A stretch of 20,000 bases of DNA from an uncultured virus (IMG/VR IMGVR_UViG_3300032132_000753) (Duplodnaviria > Heunggongvirae > Uroviricota > Caudoviricetes). This document shows positions 16,504-20,000 of this stretch, piece by piece. Numbering within the stretch: position 1 is the stretch's first letter; each line of letters opens with the position of its first letter. Where the stretch lies: IMG/VR virus record IMGVR_UViG_3300032132_000753. One strand, given 5' to 3'. Under the pieces are notes generated by a model. The model worked only from the letters and a program-made list of their open reading frames with translations, was not told the DNA's origin and made no database searches. Made by a program: the position numbers and the translations under genes.

Positions 16504-16911
16504 TGGAGATGCGGGGAGTCGAACCCCGGTGTTGGAATAAAATCCAGAGTGGATCTACGTGTGTAGTCAACGATCAATTTTTGTCCTTTACGAGGGCCGT
16601 CAACGTCCCTGATAAGGCTTGAGCTAAAAATTGTCGGCCTTCAGCTTTAGCTTACTGTTGGCTTAACCTCTCTTATTGGCTCTACCAGTCTTTCCCTCAG
16701 AGGTGGGAGTGTCCGACTGGCAACTCAGGGTTTTAAGCTGAGACTAGCTCACCGGCATCGATCCACGAGTGGATGTCAGCATCGGTGAAGCTGAAGCTGT
16801 CAACGTTGTTGTTGGCAATTAAAGTTTTTGATCACATTTTTACGAGGCCAAGTAATCATCCTCGACACGCACCATTTCCTTTGTCTATCCAGTCGATGCC
16901 AAGTCATCCCC
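16504..16911 (-). ncRNA. ssrA: tmRNA (transfer-messenger RNA), one-piece, 408 nt, CCA not encoded
   Basis: 5' GGGGATG pairs with 3' CATCTCC-A and includes the G3:U alanine determinant. 5' loop GGCATCGAC. T-arm CGGGG-TTCGACT-CCCCG. Pseudoknot pk1 (CGAGG/CCTCG and TGATTAC/GTGATCA). Resume context TTTAATT-GCC followed by a tag ORF. Confidence 0.95.
16733..16816 (-). other. tmRNA tag reading frame: ANNNVDSFSFTDADIHSWIDAGELVSA-stop (27 codons)
   Basis: Translated by hand from the GCC resume codon after pk1 to TAA at 16735-16733. Confidence 0.85.
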
Positions 16912-16920
16912 CAGATTCCT

Positions 16921-16928
16921 TACTTTTG
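16921..16928 (-). promoter_or_regulatory. Putative phage promoter motif CAAAAGTA upstream of the tmRNA
   Basis: Lies in the 18-nt gap between the upstream stop and the tmRNA, 9 nt before the mature 5' end. Confidence 0.65.
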
Positions 16929-16929
16929 G

Positions 16930-19083
16930 TTAAATACCCCATTTAGCTTTAAGATAATTAGAAATTCTCTGTCTATCGGATGTTGATATAGGTTCACCAT
17001 AAATGATAATTTCATAAATCTTGCCACTAAAAGTTCCAGCAGAGTTTCCGATCTCAATTGTTAAAAAATTGACAAGATCACCAAACCAATCCCCATTATT
17101 ACCACCAGCTACTACTGTAGAGCCTATGTTCGCTCCATCCTGCTCTAAAAACCAAAAACCACCGTTTGTAGACACATTATAAATAAACGGAACACCAATT
17201 GCCACAGATTGATTATTAACAACAATTGCATCCTGAGTGCCTCCAACTTCAACTCTGATTTCAGGACCTGTAGAGTTACTTAGAGTATCGGCTCTAATCT
17301 GAAAATTGTAACTTCCAGGAGCAGCACATACACCACGGAAAACATCCATGTCGTTAAGATCAACCGAACCTGGCTCCATGACAATGAAAATTTCGCCAAC
17401 ATTATCAGACGCAAGGCTTACTGGAGGAGCTACAGGACCGAGAACATCACCGGCAGAGTAATTAACACCATTTAACCCATTTAGCGCAGAAATCTCATAT
17501 AACGGTTGGTTTCCAGGAGTTACTTGCGAGAACACCAATCCATTTAAACTTTTGTCAGTCCAAGAAGATACATCACTGCCATTTAACCCAACGGTAGCAG
17601 CGTCAGCAGCATCTAACCAAATTCGCAAATCATTAATATCATCTGGGCGCAACGCAAATTCTTGCTTTTCATCAAATTGTTCAACACCAATGGATGGATG
17701 ATCCCCAACTAGAATACCATCACCACCAGAATCCCAAACAACATCAAAAACAGTTGGCGGAACAAGACCAGAAACAACAAGACCGTCAGTCCCAATAACA
17801 CCATCTGTAGTACTTAACAAAGTGGCTGGAGTCCTTGGACGACTGTGTTTTTTATCAAAACTCATCCGAACATTAGTCGGTGACATGACACTATTTTTTA
17901 AATCAATCCTAACCCTATAAGACCCACTAAGGTTTTCAACTTCTAAAATATCAATGTTAGATTCGTTATCGAAAAGAACTCTATCGCCACCGCCGGTTAA
18001 ATCATTAACCATGCCAAGTTGACCAGCGCCACCAACGGTTCCAAGAACTTCGATCTCATGATAAGCTCCCTTCCATTTCATAAATGTGGCTACATCGCCA
18101 GAATTGGCTCCAGCACCGTAAAGTAAAATTTCAGGTTTTCCGCCAGGATTTGCTTCTTGATCAACATAGCAACTCATGCGATAATCGACACCTAGGCCAG
18201 TAAATCCAGATGGAATAACATCATTAGTTATATTGACAGGTGAAGCTGTTGCATCAAATCTATATGCTTGTAAAGAGCCCCCCGAGTTTACTCCAACCCA
18301 AAACATCGTTGGAGTACCGAAATATTCATCTGCAAACACTGCCCATGTGGCTCTATGAGAACCAGAATTAATTCCAGCTGTAATAGTACCAACTGCTACA
18401 GCTGTATTAGCATCCAATCTAAATAGAAACGCAGCTGTAGATGAAAGAGAAACAAAATACAGTTTATCATCGAAAATGATTGGATGAACAGGTTGGACAT
18501 GAGAACCAACTGTTGCAACTTCGTTAATGGCTTGAGACCTAGGATCATAAGATATGATTCTTGCAGTCGGGGTAACGGCACTTGATGATCCGGCAAAATA
18601 GAAAATATCCTTAAAAACAATTTCTCCAAAAATTCCTGTAGAGTCAGAGGAAATACTACCTGAAGTCATCTGATCGCCTGTCTCTGTCCATGTTGTGCCG
18701 TCGAATTTTACTCCTCTAAAATAATTAACCGGCGCTCCCATGCCACCAGTAGGTCTTCCATATGTGCATACAATGTGCGGAACACCATTGACTAGCATTT
18801 GATATAGCCCAGATGAAAATTCAGACGCTAAAGCGAAAGAATGAGAAATCTGCCAGTCTAAAGTTGGGTTAGCTAAGTCATAAACATAAACAATATTATT
18901 TAATAATGCATATACTTTACCGTCAAACTGGATAACCCTATTGCGACCCTTATTTTCAGAATTATCATTATATGATTCTAAAGATCCAAAAGTACTACCA
19001 AGTAAGGTTAAACTTGTTCCATTCAGGCGATAAACACCAGGAACGCCATCAACAAATCGTAATGTGAGAAGTGGTTTAGCCAT
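16930..19083 (-). CDS. Putative virion/receptor-binding protein: beta-propeller-like N-terminal region and LamG/concanavalin-like C-terminal domain (717 aa)
   Basis: The C-terminal pattern LRIWLDAAD...VSSWTDKSLNG...FSGKIYEIIIY...DRQRISNYLKAKWGI is typical of LamG-like domains in phage structural proteins. Repeated 'FDGKVY/FKDIFY/FDDKLY' blade-like motifs occur in the N-terminal region. Confidence 0.7.
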   Translation of the reverse strand: MAKPLLTLRFVDGVPGVYRLNGTSLTLLGSTFGSLESYNDNSENKGRNRVIQFDGKVYALLNNIVYVYDLANPTLDWQISHSFALASEFSSGLYQMLVNGVPHIVCTYGRPTGGMGAPVNYFRGVKFDGTTWTETGDQMTSGSISSDSTGIFGEIVFKDIFYFAGSSSAVTPTARIISYDPRSQAINEVATVGSHVQPVHPIIFDDKLYFVSLSSTAAFLFRLDANTAVAVGTITAGINSGSHRATWAVFADEYFGTPTMFWVGVNSGGSLQAYRFDATASPVNITNDVIPSGFTGLGVDYRMSCYVDQEANPGGKPEILLYGAGANSGDVATFMKWKGAYHEIEVLGTVGGAGQLGMVNDLTGGGDRVLFDNESNIDILEVENLSGSYRVRIDLKNSVMSPTNVRMSFDKKHSRPRTPATLLSTTDGVIGTDGLVVSGLVPPTVFDVVWDSGGDGILVGDHPSIGVEQFDEKQEFALRPDDINDLRIWLDAADAATVGLNGSDVSSWTDKSLNGLVFSQVTPGNQPLYEISALNGLNGVNYSAGDVLGPVAPPVSLASDNVGEIFIVMEPGSVDLNDMDVFRGVCAAPGSYNFQIRADTLSNSTGPEIRVEVGGTQDAIVVNNQSVAIGVPFIYNVSTNGGFWFLEQDGANIGSTVVAGGNNGDWFGDLVNFLTIEIGNSAGTFSGKIYEIIIYGEPISTSDRQRISNYLKAKWGI

Positions 19084-19097
19084 GAGAACCTTTTTGG

Positions 19098-19126
19098 TAT
19101 ATTTGTGAAATAAGATATCAAAAATA
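19098..19126. promoter_or_regulatory. Divergent putative promoters: CAAATATA (minus, 19098-19105) and CAAAAATA (plus, 19119-19126)
   Basis: Motif pair in the 65-nt divergent gap. Confidence 0.65.
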
Positions 19127-19148
19127 CAACAGACTATCGAAGAACATT

Positions 19149-20000
19149 ATGGCAAATACATTCAGTCCTACAATCAGTTTCGCCGTAGAAAGAACATTAG
19201 ATGATGAATCTAATTCGTTCAGTTCTATTGCTACATTCGAAGTACAACAAATTGTTTCGGATAACTCTTTCAGCCAAGTTTTCTACCTAACAAGCCCAGA
19301 CGTGAAGTCTAACGTCGAATTCGACGTAGAAGCTACATCACAAATCGAATTTGGACGCACATTAGATTCAGACATCGAATTGGACGTCGAAACTGATGCG
19401 CAGATCACATTCGGACGCACGTCAAATGCCGATATCGAATTCGACGTAGAAGCGACCGTAGTTAAGGTAATTCAAAAAACTGTTGATACCATTATCGAAT
19501 TCGATTCTAATTCCAATGGCTTTACGGCCCTAGAACCATTTCTAGATGCAGATCTAGAATTGGATGTAGAATCGACTGGAATCTTAGATCATAGCGAAAC
19601 CTTACAAAATGATCTTGAATTCGACGTAGAAACAGACGCGCAAATAACAAAGGAAGCCACTTCTGAAGTAGAAATTGAATTCGACGTAGAAACAACTGGG
19701 TTCGTATCTGCTGGTAACATCTATATGAAATCAGTAGAAGTAGGAATTGAATTCAATAATGATGTGTTCTATGCCAGAAAAATTGGTCCATTGTTCGAAA
19801 CTGGACAAAGAGGAAATATCCGCATCGTCAACTTATCAACTAAAAACATCTCCCTAGGACGTAAACAAAAGTCAACATTAGTTCTTGCTCCTAGTGAATC
19901 ATCTTTACAAAAGCAAACCGATTTCGATTTGGCTCAACTTTCAAATCTGTCTGATGCTGGATTAATTCAAGTATTTGGTATAAACGTTAGAAATCTATGA
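19149..20000 (+). CDS. Acidic 20-aa-repeat protein (283 aa), likely structural
   Basis: ORF ends with TGA at 19998-20000. Contains seven [I/L/V]E[F/L]DVE-type repeats. Confidence 0.8.
   Translation: MANTFSPTISFAVERTLDDESNSFSSIATFEVQQIVSDNSFSQVFYLTSPDVKSNVEFDVEATSQIEFGRTLDSDIELDVETDAQITFGRTSNADIEFDVEATVVKVIQKTVDTIIEFDSNSNGFTALEPFLDADLELDVESTGILDHSETLQNDLEFDVETDAQITKEATSEVEIEFDVETTGFVSAGNIYMKSVEVGIEFNNDVFYARKIGPLFETGQRGNIRIVNLSTKNISLGRKQKSTLVLAPSESSLQKQTDFDLAQLSNLSDAGLIQVFGINVRNL
19308..19727 (+). repeat. Seven degenerate 60-bp (20-aa) tandem repeats, core gaattcgacgtagaa (EFDVE)
   Basis: The core recurs at exact 60-nt spacing: 19317, 19377, 19437, 19497, 19557, 19617, 19677. Confidence 0.85.

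Noticed and set aside
16504..16530. tRNA gene or tRNA-derived att site suggested by the T-arm GGTTCGACTCC
   Set aside because: The matching acceptor 5' strand lies ~400 nt away with pk1 and a tag ORF in between, so this is a tmRNA. No duplicated 3' fragment or integrase is seen in the window.
16386..16622. ORFs 16386-16577(-) and 16416-16622(+)
   Set aside because: They overlap the tmRNA, the hairpin and the peroxidase start; spurious.
2783..18629. Numerous short alternative-frame or antisense ORFs inside long genes (e.g. 4055-4486, 4069-4509, 11888-12322, 13638-14024, 15304-15606, 18396-18629)
   Set aside because: They are fully nested in well-supported genes and have no recognisable motifs.
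19308..19727. CRISPR-like 60-bp periodicity
   Set aside because: The cores are short and degenerate with synonymous variation, and the intervening sequences resemble each other. This is a protein-coding repeat.
1..20000. Stop-codon reassignment, as seen in some large phages
   Set aside because: Coding density is high under the standard code, and recognisable proteins end at sensible positions, including with TAG (peroxidase).

Overview
The window looks like part of a large (jumbo-like) bacteriophage genome: dense genes, frequent strand switches, scattered virion-type genes and no cellular operons. Recognisable products are a UvrD/PcrA helicase, a ~55-repeat 'AQG' beta-solenoid fibre, a T5 A1-like metallophosphoesterase, a Thr1 HslV/proteasome-beta-type protease, a baseplate/fibre-like protein, an animal-type heme peroxidase, a LamG-like virion protein and a 20-aa-repeat protein. 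Three things are missing from the ORF track. (i) A complete tmRNA gene (ssrA, 16504-16911, minus strand) with an unusually long 27-codon tag. (ii) An 8-bp motif, CAAANNTA, upstream of all 14 apparent transcription starts including the tmRNA (13 exact copies, 1 variant). It resembles a T4-late-type -10-only promoter, and four copies sit exactly 4 nt before an ATG with no room for a Shine-Dalgarno (SD) site, suggesting leaderless mRNAs. (iii) A partial 213-codon gene at the left edge. All family assignments come from recognising motifs by eye; no database searches were run.
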